From: an uncultured bacterium
GTDB taxonomy: Bacteria; Omnitrophota; Omnitrophia; Omnitrophales; Aquincolibacteriaceae
NCBI GenBank assembly: GCA_964541285.1
Contig: CAZIQJ010000001.1
Span: 2,888 to 43,522 of the forward strand
DNA length: 40,635 nt
Direction: 5' to 3'
In this document: positions 23,501 through 35,500 of the stretch, in pieces
Position numbering within the stretch: the stretch's first letter is position 1
Layout: each line of letters starts with the position of its first letter
The notes under the pieces: generated by a model
The model's database searches: none
Told to the model about the DNA's origin: nothing
The model's input: only the letters and a program-made list of their open reading frames with translations
Position numbers and translations under genes: made by a program

Positions 23501-26500
23501 GGCGCGTGTGCGCTGGAGCGAGTACAACGGCGGCGGTCTGGAAGAAGACCGCAAGGACGCGGACTTCAAACTGGAAAAACTCAGCGACTGGATTCTTGGC
23601 AGCGTGGACCCCATTGACCTTTCCAAATACAAGGCTGTGCGTGTCACGTATACGGGCGAAGGCAGCGTCAAGATGGAGTTCAAGCGTGAAAACACACATG
23701 TCGTCAAGGACCGGCTGACCCTTAAACTTCCCGATTCCAAAGGCGAGAAAAAAGAAATCTGGGTTCCCATTCCCAAAGACGGACTGGATGAAAATCCCAG
23801 CGCCAGTCTTTTTGGTTTTGTGCAGGCTTCGGGCAAGGCCGTGATTCATGACGTGCGTCTTTTTGAAGAGCTTCCCGAAAAAACCGTTCCTAAGGACAAG
23901 GAAACTCCCAAAGACAAGGAAATGCCCAAGGACAAAGGCACTCCGAAGGACAAAGAAAAACCCAAGGAGCCGGAGAAAAAAGAACCGCCCAAAGTTGACC
24001 CCAAGCTGATTATTTCCGACGAAGACCGCGTCAAGGCATTGCCCGGCGCCGCGGAAAAAACCCGTCAGGCCAACATGAAAATGCTTTCGCTCTTTATGGC
24101 CGAAGGCCGCGGCCTGCAGCGTCTGAATGGTTTCCCGGGACGTCCTCTCCTGACCATGGACCGCATCGATGCCCAGGGCGTTCCTTTCAATATGGCCGCA
24201 AGGTTTGACGCGCGTTACACGCAGCCCATGCTCTCCGGCATGCAGGCGCACGCCATCGCGCTGCAGCTGACAGGCAAGGCGCCCAAAACCGTGACCGACC
24301 CGCTGACTGAGCTTGAGGCCCAGGCCACGCTGCTTGCGGCCATGCATAAAACTTATGGCGGCCCGGTGTGGCTTGGCCGCGATCCCAACAATGGCGGCAT
24401 GAAACTCGACCGCGGCGGCAAGGTTGGCTATGAAGATCTGGTGGCTTATGACGCGCACCTGATCGGCGCTGTTGACCAGATCCTGGCTTATTCCGACAAG
24501 GCCGGACCCGCGGCCAAAAAGCGCGCGGTTGCGCTGGCCAAGTCGCTGTACGAACGCGTCAAGGAAGACGACGCACTTTATGAAAAACTCTACGACAAGG
24601 ACAAGGGCCTGTTCTGGGGCGACATCGATGTGCCGAAGAAAACACCCATCAAGGACCGCCACGCGGACCGCATTCGCACCAACGAAACGCGTTCGTTTTC
24701 CGCGCTCAGGATCGCGCTCCTGGTGGCGCAGAAAAAAGTTCCTGAATCGGTCTGGACCGACACGCCGTTTTATATCGAAGACAAGGACGGAAACTCCGCC
24801 ATCGTTTACTGGCGCTCGGCTTTCCACGCGGGGTACCCGAACACGCTGCCTATCGAAAACCGCTACGACCCGTATGTGAAGCTGAACGCAAACGCGGGCC
24901 TGCTGTTCGCCAACGCCGCGAAGGAAACCAAAAACAAGACGTTTTTCCCGACGCCCACGTACGTCAAAGGCGGCGAATACAAGGACAAGTTCGGCCTGAA
25001 AGCGCTGGCTGAGTCTGCGGACGTTGAAGAAGACGTGGCTTCGCCCATCATCGCGTATACGTTCACGGATCTTGAGACGCTCGAGTTTCTTGCTAAAGAG
25101 ATTCCGAAGCTGAAGCTGGGCAATGCCAGACTGGGCGGGCTGCCGTTTGCTTCTCAAACGGCCACGGTCCATCCGGCCGACCAGATCCTGCCCGCGCTGA
25201 TCGCCCAGGCGCGCTGGGGGACCACACTCAACCGTTTCATTAAGGAAGAGGCCCTGCACGGTGTAGTGGACGGCGACAAGCCCGATGACGGCCTGCAGGA
25301 AATTATCGACCTGCTTTACCTTGACCCGGCCAGACGCGGCTGGCGCACGCTGCAGGGCGGTAAAGTGGACGAGGTCAAGAGCAAGCGTTCCGAAATGCGG
25401 GTCGCGGAAGGGGAAAAGGAAGCGCCGCTGTCCGATACCTTGATGGCGTTTCGCGAAGGGCCCTTTGCTTACTGGCTGGATATTTCCGTTGAAAATGTTT
25501 CCAGGTCCGCGGATGAACCCAAATATTTCTTTTTTGTGCGGCCCCGTTTTTCAGCCTACACCACGGCCATTACCGGCGGGCCGTCGATTTCCGCGCCTGT
25601 TCAGTTTCCTGTGGAAAAATTTTTAATCAGAGCCAGAAACAAAAAAGAAGCCGAAAAAATTTTCAAGGCCATGCGGGTCGTTGTTCTGGCAGGGATTTCT
25701 GATAAATGGGAAGCTCCTTTTGGAAAAGAATATCAGGCCCTTCTTACCAGCCTGCGCAGAGAGTATGCGGATGAATGGTCTCTCAACCAGGCCCTGACAG
25801 CTTTTGCGTGGACAGCGCTGTTGAGCGTGGTTTTTGCGGCCGGCTACGCGTACCTCCGGGAAACCGGAATCAGCCGCGACCGTCAGGAACTCGCGAAATT
25901 CAGCAAAGCTTCCGAGGTCATGAACACACAGCCGGACCTTGCGCTGTCCGACCTTGGCTCGCTTCTGGATTCCGAGAACCCCGCGATGCGTATTGCCGCG
26001 GCCGTGCGTTTCAAGGATTACCGCGGCATGAATGTCCCCCGGGCGCTGCAATTTCTCCGGACGCGCCTCATCAAGGAACGCGATCCGGAAGTTATCTTGA
26101 AACTGAACGAGGCTATTTCCAGGCTGCAGACCCTGCTTCCCAAACGTTCTGAAATGCGCGCGCAGGAAGATTACCTTCGTCTTGATCCTGCGATTTATAT
26201 TTTGGGGGACCCGGTCATTAATGCCCTGAAGACCGCTGCTCCGGGCGCGGCCAGGGGTCTTGTGGGTTTTGGCGCGGACAGCGAAGATTTCCGCGCTGTC
26301 AGAACCGCGCTTCAAAGCGCAGGGTACGTGGAGGTGCTGTACCCTCAGCCGGCCGGCACCGTCATCCTGATGTCCGAGGATGTTCTGCGCAGAACCACGG
26401 GGCCGCAGCGTGATTATCTGTTTTTATCTTCAGCTTTTTACGCGGCCACGAATGAACTGACTTCCGATCAGCGCGCGAATGTGCTTCAGCTTACTAAGGA

Positions 26501-29500
26501 CCTTTTTGCCCGCCTTGCTCCGCATGTGCGCAGCGGCCTGACCAATGCCAGTGAAATCATTCCGACCATTCAGCTCGCGATTCAGATGGGAGTCCCCATG
26601 CTCGTCCGGCAGGGCCAGGTCGGCGCGGCCGCGTTCATGGCTGAAAGCGGTGCTGTTCTGAACAGTTTGATCCGTTCCTGGACGGAGCGTTACACCCGCT
26701 ATCAGCAGGAATGGGAGAAATTTAAAAAACGTTCTGAAATGAGAAGCCCGGAAAATATCTGGATCAATTCTTTCCCCGCGGCCAGCCAGAATGAACCTCC
26801 AGTTGCAGTGCGCGATCAGGCCATGACGGATTACGGCAATATTATGAAAAATGTCCGGTTCACGCCGCTTGTTCTGGCGCAGCGTCTGAGCGCGCTTTCC
26901 GGGAAAACCGTTTTTGTCAAAGACGAGTCCAAACAGTACAGCGGTTCTTTCAAGGCGCGCGGTGTTTACTGGGAAGTCTATTCCGCTATCCGCAAGCTTT
27001 TACAGGGAACAGACCGGCTTGATGTTTTACGCGGCGGATTTAAAATCGTGACCCAGTCTACGGGCAATCACGGCATTGCCACGATCCGGTCCACCACCGG
27101 AATTGTCAAAACGCTCCGGAAAAAGTTTGCGGCTTCTGATCCTGAACTTGCGGAGCTTCTTCTGAATATTGAGCCTGTTATTTTTACCGTGGCCGGTCTT
27201 CCGGACGTCAAGCGCGCGGCCATGCTGGCGGCTTTGAATGATTACCGTTCTTATACAGGAAAGCCTGAAAGCGGGAAAGTCGATGCTTCCTTCCCGGATT
27301 ATGAGTCTGCGCTCAAGGCCCGCGTTGCGTTTATGAAAGCCCAGGGACCGCAGGCGGCTTACATCAGCCACGGCGGCCCCACGATTATTTTTGGACACGG
27401 CTCCGCGGGCATTGAAATTGCCAGGCAGCTTGAAGCCGCGGGCGTCGGCGCTGATAAAAAAGTTGTTTTGATTGTTCCCGTGGGCGCGGGCGGCCCGATT
27501 GGTATTGCCGCCGGGCTGAGGCTGGCGCGTTTCAAGAACACGACCGCTGTTATGGTGCAGTCTGACCGCTGGGACGCTTTTGTGCGCAGCCTGAAAACCG
27601 GGACGCCGCAGAAAAATATCCAGCCTGTGGAGCCGACGGTCAGGATTCGGGGAGAGGGCCAGGAAATCTCTATTATTTTCCCTGACGGGATTGCCGTGGA
27701 CGGTCCTGAACCTGAAGCTGTTGCATTCGCCAAAGACCATCTGGACGCTGCCGTGGCTGTGGATGAAAAAGCGGCCTACGACCGCAGCGGGCCGCTGCTT
27801 CTCGCGGACCTGGGCGGTGAGACCGATCCTGAAGCGAGGGTCGGCGGAACTTCCGCCCTGACCGCTGAAGCGCTTCTTTCATATGGCGACCAGATTCCGG
27901 CGATCCGTGATGCCGACGCTGTGGTGCTTTTCGCGACCGAGGGCAATGTAGCGGAAGCCGTTAACGCGCATTTGCGCGAGCGGATGGGAGATTTGGCCGC
28001 CATTGAGCGCTCTTATGTCAAACGCTCTGAAATCAGGGAGCTGACGGACGCGGATATCAGCAAGAAAACCCTGAATGAACATTTCCCGAAGACTGAGAAA
28101 TCCAAATCCGATGAAATTGTGCTCGAAGTCAATGCGGATGAAAACGACGCGAACCTGAATGATATCCGGGTCTTCATTGTACGGTCATTGATGGCCAGTC
28201 CGTATGGAGATGAGTATCATCATTTTCTCTTTGTCGTGGACAAAACCACGGGTCAGGTCGGCGCCAAAGCCACGCTTTCTTACCGTGAAAAGGACAGAGC
28301 TTACGAAGTTTTGGCGCCGGACCTGAAAGCTGTTATTCCCCAAAAAGCTTATATGAGACGGGGAATCATGCTTCTTTTGAAGAGCGGCGCGCTCGATACC
28401 TGGTATTCCGCCAATTACCGTTCGCCTGAGGCGCGTGAAATGTACCGCAGCATCGGCATGTCCGGTGATTACAGCGTCAGGGAAGTTCCGGGGTACGGCG
28501 ACGATGTTCTGGTTTCCGCGACGCTTGCCGCGGGCGCGAAAAAGGCCGGAACTTTTACTCGCCATGGCGTGATGCGTTCTGAAATGCGGGCCAGCCGTGA
28601 TGGCGTGAAATACGGAATCGAATACCTTCGTAACGCGATCGCGGCCCTGCATCCTGCGGCTGGCGCCGACAGTGCGGAATTGACCCGCCGGAAAAATGCC
28701 ATCCTTCCGTTGATTCGAATTTTCCAGCAGCGTGCCGCCGGTATGGGGGATCAGGAAATCATTTCGCGTGGAGCTGAACTTTACCTGACGACGCGCTATC
28801 TGTTCCGGGAAAAGGCTTACCAGGACGCCTTGAGCAACTCAGGGGAATTGACCGAGGCTGTTGCTGAAGCCGCCCTTGACGTGTTGGCTGCAGATGATAT
28901 TGAGAGCAAGAGCCTTCTTTTCGGTCTGCGGATGATCGGCAGCCTGGGCTGGGCGGCATGGCAGCGAACCGCCGCGGCCATGACCGGAGACGTGCCCTGG
29001 CGTGAAAAAGCTCCTGCGGAGCTGGCTAAAAGAATCGTTCCTTATATGCTGCACGAAGACGAAGAAGTCCAGGAAATGGCGGCCTTTGCCTTGACCCAGA
29101 TTCCTGGCGGCGCGGAAGCGCTTCTCAGCTACGCGGCTTCGCTGCCTAAACCGGAAAGCGCTGAAAAGGAACTCAGCGATCTCAAGAATGATTCTCCGGG
29201 AGTGAGTGCTTCGGACAGGGCGGTGGAGAATATCCTGCTGTTTACCCGTTCTGGGTGGCTGTCGATTCTGCCGGAACTTATCACGATCGCCGGACAACCT
29301 ACTAGCGGCATGGTTGGCGGCAATGTTGAGAGTCTGCTCATGCGTTTTGGTTCCATGACATTTCCTTATTACATGCAGCCGGGCAGCAACTTTAAAATAG
29401 TCAGTATAATAAGAACAGGCCCTTCAGCCTATGCTACGCACTTGCCTGCTTTGACGGATGCGCTTAAAGAAGAGCCGCGATACCTGCTGCAGTATCCATT

Positions 29501-32500
29501 TTCTGATTTTTGGGCCATGTCCAGCCTGCAGATGACCGGACCGGTTGGAGAAACTGTCCTTGTCCCTTACTTGACAGAGGCCATCAAGCAATTGCCCGCT
29601 CTTAATGCCTATGATCAAAGATTTAATTCATTAATTCAAAGCCTTGGTCCTGCGGCTGCCGGGATGGTACAGCCTCTCCTGGACATCGTGACCCGGCGTC
29701 CGGCTCCTCAAACACCCGATTATGATGCCTTGAAGCGTTCGGCTGCAATGGCGCTGGGTAATATAGGGCCTGATGCAGAAATTCTGGTGCCGGGCATTGA
29801 GGCAATTTTAAGAAGCCAGGCCCGCACCGAGCCGGCGCTGAGCATGGCCGAAGTGCTTGTGGCGGCCGCAAATAAAATTGAAGCCCGCTCCGAAATGCGG
29901 GTGGATTATCAGGACCTGGAGCGGTTGATTCAGACCGGAACGGCTGTTGAAATCCCGTTTGCTGCCGGCCGGTACAACCCGGACCGTGACCTTAAAAAAG
30001 GAGACATCCTTCGATTTCCGAATGGAGATCTTGCGGTTGTCAACGATGTGACGGAGGGCGGGCTTACGCCTTCGGTCTATCACGGGCTTTCGATTTATTC
30101 TTCGAAAAGCAGCCAGGTGGATATTATTTGGACAGATGGCCAGTTCAGCCGTGACATTCCCCAGGATTTTGGAAATATTTTAAACGGGCTTCCGAACTAT
30201 ATTTCGCTTTCGTCTGCCCAGTACAAGGTTTACCGCGCGCCCTCGCAGGCGGCTGATTTTATTTCAGACCGCAGTAATGAGGATGCCGATCTGCCTTACT
30301 TTGCCGTGTCTTCGGAAAAGCGTTCCGAAATGCGTAATGTCGAAATCGCGGCGGGCCCGGCAGAAGATGAGATCGTGATTAACGGTCAGACCGTGAAACT
30401 CGACCCGCGCGCCGGCAAAGCTGCGCTGGCGATGAATGAAGCTCTCCGTCCGCTTGGTGTGACTGCTGCGGGCATGGAATCAGAGAAGCCGTTTGTCCGT
30501 TTCTTTACCGGAAACCAGAGCGTGACCATTGCGGACGGTTACAACGTCACGATTGTCGCTCAAGCGCTGAAAACCGCCATGGACGCAGTCCTGGCCCCGC
30601 AGGTTTTTGATGCGCAAACGATCGGCGGAGATAAAGGCGTGGCTGTTGTCGGCAATGTTCGCGCCAGCCGGCAGCTTCCGAGACCGCTGATGCGCGTTCT
30701 GAATCTCAACCTGGCGTCTGCGCCTGAAACCGCGGGCAAGCCGTTCGGCGCTACGCTTGTGAATGAAGAGGGTGAAAAAGCCGCGGTGCTTTACGGCGGA
30801 AAACACATCGATGTGCCTGCGGACCGCGAGAGCATTCTGGCAGGCGTTGAAGAAATCCTTGAAGCCGCCGGCCACACCGTGGACCGCCGTTCTGAAATGC
30901 GGACAGAGTATCAGGTTCCTGATGAAGAGGTCCGCTCGCTTCTGGACTTGACTAAAGGATTTTTCCGCCGCGATCCGAATTTGAAGTTCAAAATCAATGA
31001 TAACCCTCTTGAATGGGACCGGCCCTCGACCATGGAAGTTTCGGGAAACGTCATTCCTCAATACTCGAACAAGGTTCTGGTTGAGATCGGAGGGGGAGAA
31101 ATCCGGTTTGTGAAAGACGGAATTGAAGCGGGACCGCCCACTCTGGAAAATGCGCTGGGTCCCCGGATGGCGCTTTTGTCGCATTATTTTGAAATGTGGC
31201 TCAGCGGGTTTACGGCGCAGACTTTTGCTCAGCATGAGCAGGAAATTTTCGAGATTTTAACCCATCTGACCGGAGCATTTAAAATCAGCGATGAGTTTAC
31301 GGCAGAGGACCCGTCCGACAGGTCGGTGTACCGATACAAGGGCCTGCTGTTTTTCGCGGCCCGCGGCGCGGTGGTCACGATCAGCCCTGCAAGCGGAGAT
31401 GTGTTTGGCGGAACCTTGCCCGGGATCATCCGGGAAGTGACTTTTGAGGAACTTCAGGCAAAGAGCCGCTCGGAAATGCGCACGCTGGAAAAAATCGATT
31501 TTGCCGCCGCGACGCGCGAGCAGATTGACGGCCGCGTCAGAGAAGCCGGAGTAAAAGCAGGCAAGCAAAAGCTTGTTGCCGGGAAGCTTGAAGCCCTGCA
31601 GAAAGCCGGCGGCATCAAGAGCGCGGATGACATGAGGACTGTTCTTGCAGCCAATTCAATGCTCGGCAGCTCGCCCGCAGTAGAAAAGCTGATCGCTTTT
31701 TTTGAATTCAAACCTGCCGCGCTTCCCGCTCCTGCTGTTGAAGAAACCGCGGCTGTTTCCGGCGCCGCGGCAATTCCGCTCCGGAAAATGTATCCGGCCA
31801 ATCTCACCGGCGCCCGCAGCCTGATCTCCGACACCCTGGACTGGCTTGAGGCCGAACAAATGACCGCTTTTCCGGGGGATGCCGCTCGTGCCGCAGACGG
31901 CACCGTCCAATGGAAGCGGATGGCGGACGCGTTCCGCAAGCACCTTGCCGGCAGCGTGGAGTTCAATACGGACGGCCTGATGTTTTTCAAGGAATACAAA
32001 ACCGGCGACGACATCCTCCTGCAAGTAAACGCCGGCATCCTGATGGGCTGGTTCCGCATGATTCAGCAGCTCTCAGCCGGAAATCCGGAAGCTGCGCAGA
32101 CGCTTTTCGTTTTCCTGATCGCCGCCCTGGTAGTGCGTGAGGTCGAAGGTGCCAATGCCATGGTCAAGGACAGTGAGGCCGACAAGCTTATGTATGAGCG
32201 CTACAGGGGCCTTTTTCTGGAAGGCCTGAAGGCGTGGACCGGCGGCAATTACGCTTCGAATGATGCCCATTACCACCAGTATCTCCTCGACCATGCCGCG
32301 GAGATTGATGAAATGGTGGCCCCCAGCATTGCCGGTGAAATGTTTGAAGTCGAAAAAATGAAAGCTTTCCTCGGCTACATGCAGGCCCGGGGCCTTTATG
32401 ACCCTTCGAAGCTCTATAGTTCGATTGCCCAGGTTCCCGGTTCAACGCTGGCCATGCGCGGCACGGTCAATTACCTCGGACTGCTGGTCCGCAGCTCGCG

Positions 32501-35500
32501 CCATGACGTCCTGATACGCGACCTTCATCAATACACGACTCTCGCGATTAATGAGAAGCGCCGCCAGAACGGCGCCCTGATTGTTCCCAGCCACGAACTG
32601 CTGATGCATTTCATGTGGCTTTCAAAAGCCCGCGGCGAACTTGACCTCGACCAGTTCGGCGCTTACATCAGAAACCCCGGCATTTATGCGGCCACACCTG
32701 AACATCCGGTTTTTCGCGTGTTCGAGCGTCCGGCCGCCCGTATCGCTCATCATGTCGACGCGCTTATGTCCCGCCGTGAGTCGCTGCGTTCTGAAGTCCG
32801 CGATTCCGATGTTGATTTTGATGAGTTCAGGACCGCGGCGGTAAAAGTGCTTGAGAAAATGGATGCCGCATATAACGAACTTCATGACAAGGCTTTCGCT
32901 GTTTCCGATCCGGCCGGGCAGCTTGTGAAGCTGGAAGACCTGCTTTTGCGGGACGATTTTGCCGCTTACCTGGAGCACAGGGAAACCATTTTGAAATTGC
33001 GCAGGCTTTACAGCGCCGGCGCTTTTTCTTATGGCGATGAGCGTAATAACCAGCGCCCGGAATTAGAGCTTCTGCAGACTTTCAGCAAAGAGGCGCTCGG
33101 CCTTCCGGACATCAAGGACAAAAAAGCGGCTGCTGAGCGGGCCGCGCGCGGGTCGTTTGATTTTTATGTCTATCATCTGCTTTCGCTGCTGGCATTTTCC
33201 GCTTATGCCGAGTGGCGGCAGAGCACGGCCGCGGACCGTGATGAAACCGCGCGCAAGAACATGGCTGAAGTGGAAAGTCTCTTGAAGAGTTTCCGTGGAA
33301 AATCCGTGCAGGGTTTTGACACAGACCCGCTTCTTTCGCTGCACCTGCTTTCTTCGTATCTGAGTTTTGATGAGCCTGAATATTTTCAGCTTGAGGCCTT
33401 TGCCCGCGCGCTGGGCGAGCAGGCCCTGGAACGCTGGGATGAATACACGCTGCGTACTATCGGCCGCCATTTGCGCGGAGTTTTTTATGTTCGGTACCGC
33501 ACCGTGGAACACCGCCACCGCAATTCCCTGGATTATTCGCTGCTTGTTCCCGCCCTCGGCCGCGAACTTGACCGCTATCAGAAAGCGCGCACCTCGGGCA
33601 ATGAGGTTTCCCGCCTGCGCCGCGCGCAAAATATTCTGGAAGGCCTTTCCGGAGACCCTGCATTTACGGTTTCCTCCGGCGTGCTTGCCAGGTTCAAGAG
33701 CGACGGGGGAGCCCCGTGGCACAAGGACTGGAACCGCCGTGTTTATCCTTCTGATGATCCTGCTTCGCTTCTGGCATATGGCCAGGCCTTGCGCCGGGAG
33801 AGGGGTTTTCTGTTTGGGGATATGCGAGTGCTCAAGCCTGTTCCCGGCGGCTATTCTCCTCTTGGCCGTCCGGATGTCTATTCCATGGAGCTGCTGAAAT
33901 ATATTGTGCTGGCGTCTATTCTTTCGCCGGGGTATGAAAAAATGACTTTTGGCGACCTTCTTGAAGGTGACAAGCCTTCGGCGTCTGAAGCGGATTCGCT
34001 CAAAGTTTCATGGAACCGGGAAATTGACATGAGAGGGAAAAAATATTCCATCGACCGGTTCCCTGAAGAAGCCCTGCGTTATTACAGCCCGCGCCGCGCT
34101 CAGGAGGAGTATGAAAGCGTGCGGAGCGCTCTTGCCAACTCTGATACTTTTGCTGATGAAGAGGGAAGCGAGGATGTCGTGCGATCTGAAATGCGCACTC
34201 CGGAAGATACCGGCAAAGAAGCCTCTGGTCCGGCATTGGCGCAGTCCAGGCAGTTTTTGATGAGTGTTGGAGACCAGATCCTTGTCAGGTTAAGCGATCA
34301 GCCTTTTGAAAGCACGGGCCGCCCGCCTTATCTGCTTCTGGATTACCGCGTCGCCAAAGCGGCTTCGTCGGGAAGCACGAAAATAAAAATCTGGTTTCCG
34401 ATCCGTTCCTATACCGCACAACGTGAAGGAAGCAGCAAGTACCTGGACCCGAAAAAGTATATTGTCATCAGCGGTTCGGATAATGTTTTTGTGGTTCAGC
34501 CCAGGGCGCCTGAACTTCTTAAAGACGCGCGGGTCATCGAGGTCACGGTGGCGGACATCGGCGGAAAAAAGCTTCAGGTGTATGTCCGTTCCAAAACCAA
34601 AGATATGCCCACGGAAATAGTTTCGGCCGCGGACAGGATCTTGACTGAAAAAATGCTTCCGAATGAGACCGGAGAACAGGCATTGCCTCAGCCTGAAAAA
34701 CTTGTTTTCGGAGATTTTACACTTCAATCCCTTGATGAGAAGGGCAGTTACGAGCGCCGCTTTGTCCGGGGTGAAGACGGGCTTTTCCGGCCGTTTGAGG
34801 TGCGTTCGGAACACCGCCGGATTTCTCCGGAAAAAGCGCGTGAGATGCTGGCCCGCACCGCAACGCCCGGGTTTAAAAGATATTTTGAGCTCCGCCGCCA
34901 GATGCTTCCGGAAGAATTTGAGCAGCTTTCCGCGCAGCAGCTGATCGTTATCCTGACCCGCCTGCTTGAGAGACCGGTTTATTCGGAAAGAGCCGGCATT
35001 CTTCCTGAGGCCGCGGACAGCGCGGTTGAGAAAAAAATCGGCACCGGCCGTGTGGCCGCGTCGCCCGCGCATGCGGCCTGGATGCAGGGTGTGGCTTCCA
35101 TCAAGGGGCGCGTGCTTCTGGATTACAATGAAATGCTGGGTATCGCGCGCAGAAACCCCCGCATGTTTTTTATTCTTTTGAAAGCATTCCGTCAGTATGA
35201 AGATTCTCTGGGCGTTCACCAGCCGCTTATGGCCATGGCAGGGGAAGGCGACAGAAAAGCACTGCTGCGCGAACTGGGCCAGGTGCTTTTGAACCAGAAA
35301 AACCGCGAAATGTTTTCTTCGGAAGAGCGCGCAGAGCTGGAGAACCAGATCCTTCCGCAGCTGGACAATTTTATTTTCATCCTGTCCCCGGAAAAAATTC
35401 CGGGTTACCTTGAGGCCAACGAATACGGCGTCGCGACTCTGCGGTTTTCCGGCAACGGCCTGCTTTCCCAGCTTCCTCTTGGCGCGGAGTTTTTGATCGA

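Larger units (their letters stand above)
22866..25385 (+). other. Module 11 (aa 7378-8217): small beta domain, TM helix, K/D/P linker, CBM-like beta-sandwich, K/D/P linker, C-terminal domain of about 460 aa (possibly glycan-active alpha/alpha barrel)
   Basis: TM helix LVLGGLIGGLLLIVVLAVALLI at 23199-23264. Linkers at 23394-23480 and 23889-23996. Beta-sandwich-like segment at 23481-23870 (ARVRWSEYNGGG...KAVRVTYTGEGSVKMEF...VIHDVRLFE). The assignment of the C-terminal domain (24004-25385) is weak. Confidence 0.4.
2589..34817 (+). repeat. Dispersed in-frame peptide motif [K/R/A]-R-S-E-[M/V/I/H]-R, 23 copies (15 nt each)
   Basis: First nt of the R codon: 2589, 3285, 5655, 7038, 11196(V), 11793(V), 14799, 18861, 20562, 21930, 22866, 25386, 26145, 26730, 28023(I), 28575, 29886, 30321, 30888, 31467, 32787(V), 34182, 34803(H). 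All are in the frame of ATG 735. Codons vary between copies (Arg1 CGT/CGC/CGA; Ser TCC/TCT/TCA/TCG; Glu GAA/GAG; Arg2 CGC/CGG/CGT/AGA), so conservation is at the peptide level. Spacing is irregular, 435-4158 nt. Confidence 0.95.

Noticed and set aside
22797-25259. 820-aa ORF on the minus strand, the longest alternative ORF in the track
   Set aside because: It lies entirely antisense to the continuous giant ORF, in a region where the + frame encodes recognisable TM, linker and domain structure. Its translation is Arg/Gly/Phe-rich low-complexity sequence typical of shadow ORFs.
2598-34193. The ATG inside each RSEMR motif acting as an internal translation start, i.e. 23 nested genes
   Set aside because: No Shine-Dalgarno-like purine box precedes the ATGs (the context is CGN-TCN-GAR-ATG). 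Five junctions have GTC, ATC or CAC instead of ATG, and none of these is an efficient start codon. There is no stop codon before any junction, so ribosomes would read through regardless. This cannot be fully excluded without ribosome profiling.
2589-34817. The recurring 15-nt element as a CRISPR-like or other DNA-level repeat array
   Set aside because: Spacing is irregular (435-4158 nt). The copies are always in the coding frame. Wobble positions vary while the peptide is conserved. This is a protein motif, not a nucleotide repeat.
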